A stretch of DNA of 46,079 nt, from contig JBGSPT010000449.1 of NCBI GenBank assembly GCA_041738475.1, positions 1-46,079 on the forward strand. The letters run 5' to 3'. The position numbers and the translations under genes are program-made. The notes below the pieces were generated by a model. It had not been told where the DNA came from. It did no database searches and saw only the letters and a list, made by a program, of their open reading frames with translations. The number at the start of each line of letters is the position of its first letter. The first letter of the stretch is position 1. Below are positions 8,597 to 16,438 of this stretch, piece after piece. Source of the DNA: Treponematales bacterium. Its GTDB lineage: Bacteria; Spirochaetota; Spirochaetia; Treponematales; UBA12059.

Positions 8597-10969
8597 GTGA
8601 AGGAGCATCGCAGAACGCTTTCGAGCCGATTGATGATCCTCGGGGCCGGCAGCGCCGTCATCACCGCGGCGGCTCTGGTTCTAGCCGCCTACTGGCAGAG
8701 CGGCGTGTACGCGGACCTGGCCCGGAAAGACGTCGACTCGCTGATCGTACAGGATCTGGACCATATCACCGAAAGCGTGTATTCCCTCGTTGCCGCCGAG
8801 GGCCAGGCCGTGGAACAGGAACTATTTCGAGATCTCAGGGTGGCCCGGCGTGTCCTTGCCGAGGAGGGAGGAGTCCGATTCAGCGGACCGGCCGTTCGAT
8901 GGAACGCAGTGAATCAATTCACGAGGGATACGGAAACCGTGGTTCTTCCCGGCCCCCGGATCGGGAATGTCTCCGTTCCGATCATCCGGGATCCGGAGCT
9001 TCGCAGCCCCGTCGTGGACGATATCGCGGACCTGATGGACGTGACCGCCACCATCTTCCAACGTATGAACGAACAGGGTGACATGATACGTGTGGCGACC
9101 ACGGTCGTGGACGATGGCGAGCGGGCGGTGGGCACCTTCATCCCCGCGATTCTCCCGGGAGGCGGAGAAAATCCTGTCATCTCCGCGGTCCTCGGGGGTG
9201 AAAACTTCACGGGTAGGGCCTTTGTCGTGAACTCCTGGTTCATCACGGCCTACGGGCCTTTACGGGACGCGGACGGCCGGATCTCGGGGATGATCTATGT
9301 CGGACGTCCCCAAGCGGAGGCGGAAAAGCTGATTCGTGATTCCATCATCAATACGAAAATCGGGGAGACGGGATACGTGTACGTCCTGTCGGGGCGAGGA
9401 GAAAACAGGGGCCGGTACATCGTCTCACAGAACGGGATGCGGGACGGCGAGGATGTCTGGGACGAGCGGGACGATGAGGGCCGTTTGGTTATCCAGGACA
9501 TCGTCCGGAAAGCTCTGGGACTCGCCCCGGGGGAACTCGGAACCGTCGAATACTGGTGGCGGAACCCCGGAGAACCCGGTCCGCGCCTCAAGATCGCCCG
9601 AATAGCGTACTACGCCCCCTGGGACTGGGTGATAGGAACCAGCGCCTACGAAGATGAGCTGGCGAATTATCGGAATATCCTCAAGGACGGCAGGAAGAAC
9701 ATGGTAGCCTTCATGGCCGTTGCGGGGATCGCGGCCGCCCTATCCGGCCTAGCCGCGTCCCTGGCCGCCGCTAGGCCGATCCTCCGTCCCATCATGAAAC
9801 TGTCCCAGGCCGCGGAATCCCTTACCCGGGGGAACCTGGACTCCAGCGTAAGTCCCGAGGGGCCCCGGGAAATCCTAGAACTCGCCAGAGCGTTCAATCA
9901 TATGGCGGAGAGGCTAAAGCTCACCATCTCTGAAGTGCAGGCCAGGGAGCGGAGATACAGGAGCATTTTCGAGGGGGCGGTGGAAGGAATTTTCCAGTCT
10001 TCGGTGGAGGGCAGGGTACTGTCCGTCAACTCCGCCCTTTCCGGAATGCTATTATACGATTCTCCGGAGGAGTTCACCTCCTCCATCCGGAACATACGCA
10101 CCGACGTCTACGTAAAAAGCGAAGACCGGGACTCCATCGTCTCCATGATTCTGGAGAAGGGATACGCGATAGGCGTGGAGACTCAATTCCGGCGAAAGGA
10201 CGGAACCCAAATCTGGGTGTCCCTCTCCGCCCGGGCCTTGCGCGACGATACCGGTAGAACCTGGGGGATCGAAGGGTTTATCTCGGATATCGATTCCAGG
10301 AAACGCGCGGAAGATTCTTTAAAGAAATCCCTGGCCGAGAAAGAGGAACTCCTGAGGGAGATCCATCACCGGGTGAACAACAATCTCCAGATCCTTGCGA
10401 GCCTCGTCTCCCTTCAATCCTGCACGGACGACGGAAGCGAGGAGGCCCTCAAGCATTTCGCCGCAAGAATCCAGACAATGTCTTTGATACACGAGATGGC
10501 CTACGATACCGAGAGCGTACGGGGAATATCGGTGACGGAGCTGGCCCGGGCCCTGGCGGATTACCTGTTCCAGGCCTACCGTCCCTGTTTCGGGGATATC
10601 GAGGTGGACGTGCGGGGAGCCGGGGTGGAGCTGGACTTGGACCGCGCCATACCATGCGGGCTCCTTATGAACGAGATCCTGTCCAATGCCTTCCGACATG
10701 CCTTTCCTCCGCCCCGTCAAGGCACGATTTCCATCGACTGCTCCAACAACTCGGCGGGGGATATAGTCATCGAGATCGAGGACAACGGGACGGGTTTGAC
10801 GGAGGATCACCGCGAAGGGATGGGCATGAAACTCATCGATCTGCTTTCCCGACAGCTTTCCGCGGAAATACAAATATCCTGGAAATCCGGCACAAAATAT
10901 TCGATACTGATTCGATCCTTACGGGCTATAAATCGTCGGGAAACCAGATCCAGCGGAGATCCTTCGTGA
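8597..10969 (+). CDS. Sensor histidine kinase: TM - Cache-like extracytoplasmic domain - TM - HAMP - PAS - HisKA_2 - HATPase
   Basis: Two hydrophobic segments flank a ~330-aa extracytoplasmic region. HAMP (RPILRPIMKLSQAAESLTRGNLD...AFNHMAERL), PAS (RYRSIFEGAVEGIFQ...), H-box EIHHRVNNNLQILASLVSLQ (HisKA_2/HWE-like), then N and G boxes (NEILSNAFRHAF, DNGTGL). I prefer the GTG at 8597, which lies 9 nt after AGGAGG. The ORF-track TTG at 8588 abuts the Shine-Dalgarno. Confidence 0.85.
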   Translation: MKEHRRTLSSRLMILGAGSAVITAAALVLAAYWQSGVYADLARKDVDSLIVQDLDHITESVYSLVAAEGQAVEQELFRDLRVARRVLAEEGGVRFSGPAVRWNAVNQFTRDTETVVLPGPRIGNVSVPIIRDPELRSPVVDDIADLMDVTATIFQRMNEQGDMIRVATTVVDDGERAVGTFIPAILPGGGENPVISAVLGGENFTGRAFVVNSWFITAYGPLRDADGRISGMIYVGRPQAEAEKLIRDSIINTKIGETGYVYVLSGRGENRGRYIVSQNGMRDGEDVWDERDDEGRLVIQDIVRKALGLAPGELGTVEYWWRNPGEPGPRLKIARIAYYAPWDWVIGTSAYEDELANYRNILKDGRKNMVAFMAVAGIAAALSGLAASLAAARPILRPIMKLSQAAESLTRGNLDSSVSPEGPREILELARAFNHMAERLKLTISEVQARERRYRSIFEGAVEGIFQSSVEGRVLSVNSALSGMLLYDSPEEFTSSIRNIRTDVYVKSEDRDSIVSMILEKGYAIGVETQFRRKDGTQIWVSLSARALRDDTGRTWGIEGFISDIDSRKRAEDSLKKSLAEKEELLREIHHRVNNNLQILASLVSLQSCTDDGSEEALKHFAARIQTMSLIHEMAYDTESVRGISVTELARALADYLFQAYRPCFGDIEVDVRGAGVELDLDRAIPCGLLMNEILSNAFRHAFPPPRQGTISIDCSNNSAGDIVIEIEDNGTGLTEDHREGMGMKLIDLLSRQLSAEIQISWKSGTKYSILIRSLRAINRRETRSSGDPS

Positions 10970-12609
10970 GCATCCTCTCCATGTCCGTCGATCTCGTGCT
11001 CAACCTCACGCTTCTCGTCGCGCTGAGCATCCTGTCCGGATTCATGGACAAGCGACTGAAACGGACGTCGGTCCTGCGGGCTCTCGGGCAAGGCGCGCTG
11101 TTCGCGGTAACGACGATCATCGGAATGACGCGGCCCCTGGTCCTGGGCCCCGGCCTGATATTCGACGGCCGTTCCGTGATGATCAGTCTATGCGCGCTCT
11201 ACTTCGGCCCCGCGGCGGTCGCCGTCGCCGCTTCGGCCTCGATCGTCTACCGCGTCGTTCTGGGCGGCAGCGGGACCCTCATGGGGGTAGCCGTCGCCCT
11301 TTCCTCGGCGATCATCGGAATCATCGCCCGCGCTCGCCTTAACCCGGAAGAAAGGCCTCCTTCCCCGACGCGGCTGTATATCTTCGGCTTGATCGTCCAC
11401 TTCGCGATGCTCTGCATGACGGTATTCCTGCCCGGAGGGAGCGGAATCCTGGTTCTTCGCCGCATCGGCATCCCCATCATCGTCCTGTACCCCCTGGCGA
11501 CCATCCTGGCGGGCAAGCTCCTCTCGGACCAGCTGGAGGCACGGCGCGCACTCAACGCCCTGAAAGCCAGCGAGGAGAGATTCAAGCTCAGCATGGAGGC
11601 TTCGAACGACGGTCTATGGGACTTGAACGTCCTTACCGACGACGCGTACTACAACCCGGCGTATTACCGCATCCTGGGATACGAACCCGGCGAGTTCCCC
11701 GCACTCGGCAGCTCCTGGAGATCCATGGTGGATCCCGAGGATCGCGACCGGGCGGTTGCGGAAAACCTCGCCTGCATCGAGGGCGGCCGGGAATATCTCG
11801 AGACGGAATTCCGGATGCGGACCAAGGACGGACGACAGCGGTGGATTTTTTCCCGGGGCAAGGTGATCTCCCGGGACGCCTCCGGCCTGGCTCTGCGGAT
11901 GGTCGGAACCCATGTGGATATCACGGAACGGAAGAACATCGAGGAAGAACTCAAAAAAAGCCTCGAAGAAAAGGAAATCCTGCTTCGGGAGGTGCACCAC
12001 CGGGTCAAGAACAACTTGAGCATCATTTCCAGCCTGCTCAATCTCCAGTCCTCCATGCTCAAGACCCCCGAGCAGGCGTTGGAGGCTTTCCGGAACAGCC
12101 GTGAACGTATACAGGCCATGTCCCTGGTCCACGAGGAACTGTATAAATCCAGGGATTACTCCCGGATCAACATGGATCAATACATCGGGCGGCTCCTCGA
12201 CCAGCTCACCCTGGCGTACGGGCAGGATCGAGGAATCACCCTGACGCGCCGGATCGAGAATGTAGAACTCGACGTGTCCACCTCGATACCCTGCGGGTTG
12301 ATCCTGAACGAACTTATCACGAACGCCTATAAATACGCCTTCCCCGGGAGCAGAACGGGGACCATTCGCATCCAGCTTTCGATCTTGCAGGACGGTTCCG
12401 CGGAGATGTCGGTCTCGGACGACGGTGTCGGCCTGCCCGAGGGGATCGATTTCGAAAATACCGATTCCCTGGGACTCACCTTGGTCCGGCTTCTCGTCGA
12501 ACAGCTCCGGGGGACCTTGAGCATGTCGGCGGAAGACGGCAGCACCTTTACGATCCGCTTTCCCGCTCACGGGGATTCCGGAAACGGCACCGGAGGCGAT
12601 CATGCTTGA
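10966..12609 (+). CDS. Sensor histidine kinase: 5TM LytS-type receptor domain - PAS - HisKA_2 - HATPase
   Basis: About 190 aa of multi-pass membrane domain (5TMR-LYT-like), then PAS (RFKLSMEASNDGLWDLN...) and H-box EVHHRVKNNLSIISSLLNLQ, then NELITNAYKYAF and DDGVGLP. The GTG at 10966 overlaps the upstream stop (GTGA) and has GGAG 7 nt upstream; ATG 10981 is the alternative. The ORF-track start at 10654 lies inside the upstream gene. Confidence 0.85.
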   Translation: MSILSMSVDLVLNLTLLVALSILSGFMDKRLKRTSVLRALGQGALFAVTTIIGMTRPLVLGPGLIFDGRSVMISLCALYFGPAAVAVAASASIVYRVVLGGSGTLMGVAVALSSAIIGIIARARLNPEERPPSPTRLYIFGLIVHFAMLCMTVFLPGGSGILVLRRIGIPIIVLYPLATILAGKLLSDQLEARRALNALKASEERFKLSMEASNDGLWDLNVLTDDAYYNPAYYRILGYEPGEFPALGSSWRSMVDPEDRDRAVAENLACIEGGREYLETEFRMRTKDGRQRWIFSRGKVISRDASGLALRMVGTHVDITERKNIEEELKKSLEEKEILLREVHHRVKNNLSIISSLLNLQSSMLKTPEQALEAFRNSRERIQAMSLVHEELYKSRDYSRINMDQYIGRLLDQLTLAYGQDRGITLTRRIENVELDVSTSIPCGLILNELITNAYKYAFPGSRTGTIRIQLSILQDGSAEMSVSDDGVGLPEGIDFENTDSLGLTLVRLLVEQLRGTLSMSAEDGSTFTIRFPAHGDSGNGTGGDHA

Positions 12610-13621
12610 AATGGAAAATCCGACGCCCCCCGGTCCTGGCTGCTCGATCCGGCGGCTCCGGTTAGCGCATCTGCCCACACCTCTCGAGGAGCTGCCCCGC
12701 CTGAGCGGACTTCTGGGCGGTCCGCGTCTCTTCGTGAAGCGCGACGACCAGACGGGCTTGGCCTTCGGGGGAAACAAGACCCGAAAGCTGGAATTCCTGG
12801 TAGCCCAGGCGATCGCGGAAGGCGCTGACACCCTGGTTTCAGCGGGCGCCCTGCAGTCCAATCATTGCAGGCAGACCGCCGCGGCGGCGGCGAAGTACGG
12901 TTTAGCCTGTGTCCTCGTGCTCACCGGCGAGGAGGAGCGCAGGGCCTCCGGAAACCTCATTCTGGACCGGATCCTGGGCGCGAAGATCGTCCATGTCCGG
13001 GATAGGAAGGACAGGGATTCGTCGTTGACGGAAACCGTCCAGTCCCTGATCCGGGAAGGCGGAAAACCGTTCCTCATCCCCTACGGAGGATCCAGCCCGA
13101 CCGGTGCCCTCTCGTACGCCTTCGCCCTGGAAGAGTTGTTGCTCCAGGTACGCGCAGGCGGTACCGGCGGCATCGTCCCGGATTGCATCGTCTTCGGGAC
13201 CTCCTCCGGCGGAACCCATGCGGGTCTCATCTTAGGCAGTCGGCTCTACGGTTATACGGGGGAAATCCTCGGCATCAGCATCGACGAAAGCGAGTCCTGG
13301 CTGCAGGACCGGGTCTCGGCCTTAGCGGCGGACGCGTCGGAACTGATGGGGGATCGGATCTCCTTCAAGCGGGAGGATGTGCGCGCCTCGGACGCCTATT
13401 GTCGGGCCGGATACGGAGTATTCACGGAAGCGGAACGTGAGGCCGTCTCATTGTTCGGCCGTACCGAAGGGCTCCTTCTCGACCCGGTCTACACGGGCAG
13501 GGCGGCCGCGGGGCTCGTCGATCTGATCTCCCGGGGATACTTTCGGAAGGATCAGGCGGTGGTATTCTGGCACACCGGCGGACAGCCTGCCCTTTTCGCG
13601 GATCGCTACGCGGAACCGTGA
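12602..13621 (+). CDS. PLP-dependent D-cysteine desulfhydrase / ACC deaminase-family enzyme
   Basis: The signature GGNKTRKLEFL (PLP lysine) and the fold-type II layout (GGSSPTGAL..., TSSGGTHAGL...). The start overlaps the upstream kinase stop by 8 nt. Confidence 0.85.
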   Translation: MLEMENPTPPGPGCSIRRLRLAHLPTPLEELPRLSGLLGGPRLFVKRDDQTGLAFGGNKTRKLEFLVAQAIAEGADTLVSAGALQSNHCRQTAAAAAKYGLACVLVLTGEEERRASGNLILDRILGAKIVHVRDRKDRDSSLTETVQSLIREGGKPFLIPYGGSSPTGALSYAFALEELLLQVRAGGTGGIVPDCIVFGTSSGGTHAGLILGSRLYGYTGEILGISIDESESWLQDRVSALAADASELMGDRISFKREDVRASDAYCRAGYGVFTEAEREAVSLFGRTEGLLLDPVYTGRAAAGLVDLISRGYFRKDQAVVFWHTGGQPALFADRYAEP

Positions 13622-13654
13622 CGAACCCGGCGGGGCAAATTTCCCGATCGCTCC

Positions 13655-14200
13655 CTACTCTCCGAAAACCGCGGCCTCGAAACGGTACAGCTCCGCGGTG
13701 GGATCCTTGCATGCCGAGGCGGGCAGCCCCGCCTTGCGGCATACCTGGGCCAGAAATTCGTCTCTGTCCCAGCCCCATTCGGTGGCAACCTGGGGCAAAA
13801 GGACTCCGGCCCGGAAGCCCTGCACGATGTACAGACCGTGTACTCCGATGCTCACATCCTCTATGCCGGCCAGACGTTCCATGGGGCCGAGCACGGATAT
13901 TTCGATCCGAACCCCCGGCCACTCTTCCCCGCCTAGGGGCGAGAACCGCGGGTCCTCGAAGGCCGCGGCCCGGGCCATAGTGCGGACCGTGTCGATCAGG
14001 GGTCCCGAGGGGGTCAGCCTGCCGATGCAGCCACGCAGACGGCCTTCCGAGGTCAGGGTGACGAAGGCCCCCCGCGCCGCGGTCAGCGAAGGGGGGACCT
14101 CCGGCCACAGGGGTTCCCGCCTTTCCAGGTAGGATTCCACGGACTCCCGGGCTGTTTTCAGGAGCAGGCTCCGTTCTTCCGGGCTCAGCTGGAAATTCAT
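13655..14200 (-). CDS. AMMECR1-domain protein (AmmeMemoRadiSam system protein A type)
   Basis: GAFVTLTSEGRLRGCIG signature. The start ATG at 14200 forms an ATGA overlap with the stop of the MEMO1-like gene. The longer ORF-track start (14344) lies inside that gene. Confidence 0.85.
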   Translation of the reverse strand: MNFQLSPEERSLLLKTARESVESYLERREPLWPEVPPSLTAARGAFVTLTSEGRLRGCIGRLTPSGPLIDTVRTMARAAAFEDPRFSPLGGEEWPGVRIEISVLGPMERLAGIEDVSIGVHGLYIVQGFRAGVLLPQVATEWGWDRDEFLAQVCRKAGLPASACKDPTAELYRFEAAVFGE

Positions 14201-15033
14201 ATCCAACACCCTCCGACATAGTATACGATCTTTTCCGACTGGGATGACCGCTTGGTGGCCGAGTCCGCCCGGCCCAGGAGGTTCCAGGAGCGTCCTTCCA
14301 GGAGCCGGGAGCGCATCATCGACACCAGGCAGCCCACCCCGCACATGTCCGGAGTCTCGCCGCGGTATTCCTCGTACAGGGATTCGTCATCCCCCGAGAA
14401 GATGCAGGACAGGACCCTCTCGAAGCGTCCGGGGGCGTCCGTCTCGGAGGCGAGGCCCGCGAAGTTCGAGGAGACGACAAAGAGAACGGAATCTGAAGTA
14501 TCCGAGAAAACAAGGCTCAAGGCCTTGGCCAGGGAATCGATCGCCGTGGGAGTGGGTTTGCCCAGGAGTATGGGGACCGCGGGCACTCCGGGAAAGAGAA
14601 TCTGCAGGAAGGGAAGCTGCACTTCGATACCATGCTCCTCGAAGTGGGGTATGTCGTTCTGCCGGAAGAGGGTACCGCAGGTTTCCAGCTCCTCGACCGA
14701 GGAACGATCGACCTTGACGTCTCCGAGGGGGGTCTGGAAGACCTCGGCTTCCGGGAGCCAGACGGCGGACTCCTCCGCGCGGTGGTACGGCGCCAACAAG
14801 ACCGCCACGGAAGGCCTGCGGTTCCGGGCCGAAGCCCATGCCGATGCGGCAACCGCTCCGGCATAATCGAACCCGGCGTGGGGGGAAAGGATGGCCGCAG
14901 CACCGGTTCTTTCCGGAGCGGCCTTGGCCAGCTCGTATTCAACCGCCTCCCGGAGGACCGTCGGGTCCTCCGGATAGAAGATGCCGGAGACTACGGCTTC
15001 CCGAAGCTTGGCCGATCCGCTATTCTCGATCAT
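14197..15033 (-). CDS. MEMO1-family protein (AmmeMemoRadiSam system protein B type)
   Basis: REAVVSGIFYPEDP and ILSPHAGFDYAG motifs. I prefer the ATG at 15033 because the ORF-track start at 15324 would overlap the divergent response-regulator gene. Confidence 0.85.
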   Translation of the reverse strand: MIENSGSAKLREAVVSGIFYPEDPTVLREAVEYELAKAAPERTGAAAILSPHAGFDYAGAVAASAWASARNRRPSVAVLLAPYHRAEESAVWLPEAEVFQTPLGDVKVDRSSVEELETCGTLFRQNDIPHFEEHGIEVQLPFLQILFPGVPAVPILLGKPTPTAIDSLAKALSLVFSDTSDSVLFVVSSNFAGLASETDAPGRFERVLSCIFSGDDESLYEEYRGETPDMCGVGCLVSMMRSRLLEGRSWNLLGRADSATKRSSQSEKIVYYVGGCWI

Positions 15034-15040
15034 GATATCA

Positions 15041-15068
15041 AGTATATGAGCCCGGTTTCCCGGTGCAA
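15041..15068 (-). promoter_or_regulatory. Candidate promoter of the MEMO1-AMMECR1 operon (leaderless geometry)
   Basis: On the minus strand: TTGCAC (15068-15063), 16-nt spacer, TATACT (15046-15041), 7 nt, then ATG (15033). No Shine-Dalgarno. Confidence 0.35.
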
Positions 15069-15094
15069 GCTCCGTACGAAATCGAGGGGGCGCG

Positions 15095-16438
15095 ATGCAG
15101 GTCCTGCTGGTGGATGATGAGCCGAACCTCCTGGTATCCCTGGAGGGATTCCTGAAGACCGAGGGCATCGGATGTTTTACGGCACCCGAGGGGCGGACGG
15201 CCCAGGCGATCCTGCAGGAACGGACCGTGGATGCCGTGGTGCTGGATCTCAGGATGCCCGGAATGGACGGGATGTCCTTGCTACGTTGGATCAAGGATTC
15301 CGGTCCCGACGTGCCGGTCATCATTGCCTCCGCCCACGGAGATGTCGGGGATGCCGTTCAAGCCATGAAGCTCGGCGCATACGACTATCTCGTGAAGCCC
15401 TTCGACCCCGACGAGCTCGTGCTGAGGCTTCGTAAGGCCGTGAAGGAGCGGACCCTGGCGAACGGCGCCGAGGCGGAGCGGCGATCCTCGGACGAAGGGG
15501 TGGAGTTCGTGGGAAGCAGTCCCGCCATCCTGGATGCCCGGCGCTTGATCGAAAAGGCCGCCGTGACCCCGGCCACGATACTCCTCACCGGGGAGAGCGG
15601 AACCGGAAAGGAAGTCGCGGCCCGCCTGGTACACCAGGCGTCCCGAAGGCCGGGCCCCTTTATCGCCGTCAACCTCGGGGCGATCCCCGACACCCTGGTG
15701 GAAAGTGAGCTCTTCGGCCATGAAAAGGGAGCCTTCACGGGGGCGGATTCGCGGAAGCAGGGGCTCTTCGAGCTGGCCCAGGCCGGGACGCTGTTCCTGG
15801 ACGAGATCGGGGAACTTCCTCTTCACCTGCAGGTCAAGCTCCTCAGGGCCCTTCAGGAACGCAAGATACAACGCCTGGGGGGAGTGCAGGGGATACCCGT
15901 GGATGCACGGATCGTCGCAGCCACGAACCGTGACCTGGAGGCCATGGTCCGGGAGGGTCGTTTCCGTGAAGACCTGTACTATCGGATAAACGTGATCCGG
16001 ATCGTCCTGCCCCCTCTCCGCGAGAGGGCCGGGGACGTCGCCGCGCTTGCGGATCACTTCATACGTAAGCTGTCAGGCTCCATGGGCCGCAGGATCGACG
16101 GGCTGAGTCCGGAGGCGCTATCCCTGCTGGAAGGCTACCCCTTCCCCGGAAACATCCGGGAGCTGCAGAACGCGGTGGAACGGGCTCTGATCCTGTCGGA
16201 CAAACCCTTCCTGGAGGCCGAGGATTTCCAGTTCTTCTCTCCCTCCGCCTTGAATCCTGCGGTCTCGGCACCGAACGATCGGCTGCCCGGATCAGGCACC
16301 CTGGCGGAACTGGAACGCGCCGCGATCCTCGCCGCCCTGGAGCGCAACTCCGGGCGCAGGGAGCAGACGGCCAGGGAACTCGGCATAACCCGTCGGACCC
16401 TGCTCACCAAGCTGAAGGAGTACGGGGTCTCCCCGTGA
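15095..16438 (+). CDS. Sigma-54-dependent response regulator (NtrC family: REC - AAA+ - Fis-type HTH)
   Basis: Receiver domain (VLLVDDE...DLRMPGMDG), Walker A GESGTGKE, sigma-54 contact loop GAFTGA, and C-terminal HTH (ELGITRRTLLTKLKEYG). GAGGGGG Shine-Dalgarno. Confidence 0.9.
   Translation: MQVLLVDDEPNLLVSLEGFLKTEGIGCFTAPEGRTAQAILQERTVDAVVLDLRMPGMDGMSLLRWIKDSGPDVPVIIASAHGDVGDAVQAMKLGAYDYLVKPFDPDELVLRLRKAVKERTLANGAEAERRSSDEGVEFVGSSPAILDARRLIEKAAVTPATILLTGESGTGKEVAARLVHQASRRPGPFIAVNLGAIPDTLVESELFGHEKGAFTGADSRKQGLFELAQAGTLFLDEIGELPLHLQVKLLRALQERKIQRLGGVQGIPVDARIVAATNRDLEAMVREGRFREDLYYRINVIRIVLPPLRERAGDVAALADHFIRKLSGSMGRRIDGLSPEALSLLEGYPFPGNIRELQNAVERALILSDKPFLEAEDFQFFSPSALNPAVSAPNDRLPGSGTLAELERAAILAALERNSGRREQTARELGITRRTLLTKLKEYGVSP

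Noticed and set aside
11614-12861. 415-aa minus-strand ORF across the second kinase and the start of the PLP enzyme gene
   Set aside because: Antisense artefact with Arg/Pro/Gly-rich composition. Both plus-strand genes are strongly supported.
15061-15082. Sigma-54-like element (TCGTAC-N5-TTGCA on the minus strand) upstream of the MEMO1 gene, next to the NtrC-type regulator
   Set aside because: It lacks the essential GG dinucleotide of the -24 element. The TTGCA fits better as part of a sigma-70 -35. I found no convincing TGGCAC-N5-TTGC in any intergenic region. The TGGCAC occurrences near 5745, 13566 and 19642 are in coding DNA and lack a correctly spaced TTGC.
14197-15324. Long versions of the MEMO1 (to 15324), activase (to 19931), AMMECR1 (to 14344), ABC-F (to 26660), hisS (to 36948), coaX (from 36948), rplI (from 40381) and rseP (to 45265) ORFs
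   Set aside because: In each case the extra N-terminal residues are compositionally aberrant and overlap a neighbouring gene or promoter. An internal start gives a family-typical N-terminus, often with an ATGA overlap, a Shine-Dalgarno or leaderless geometry.
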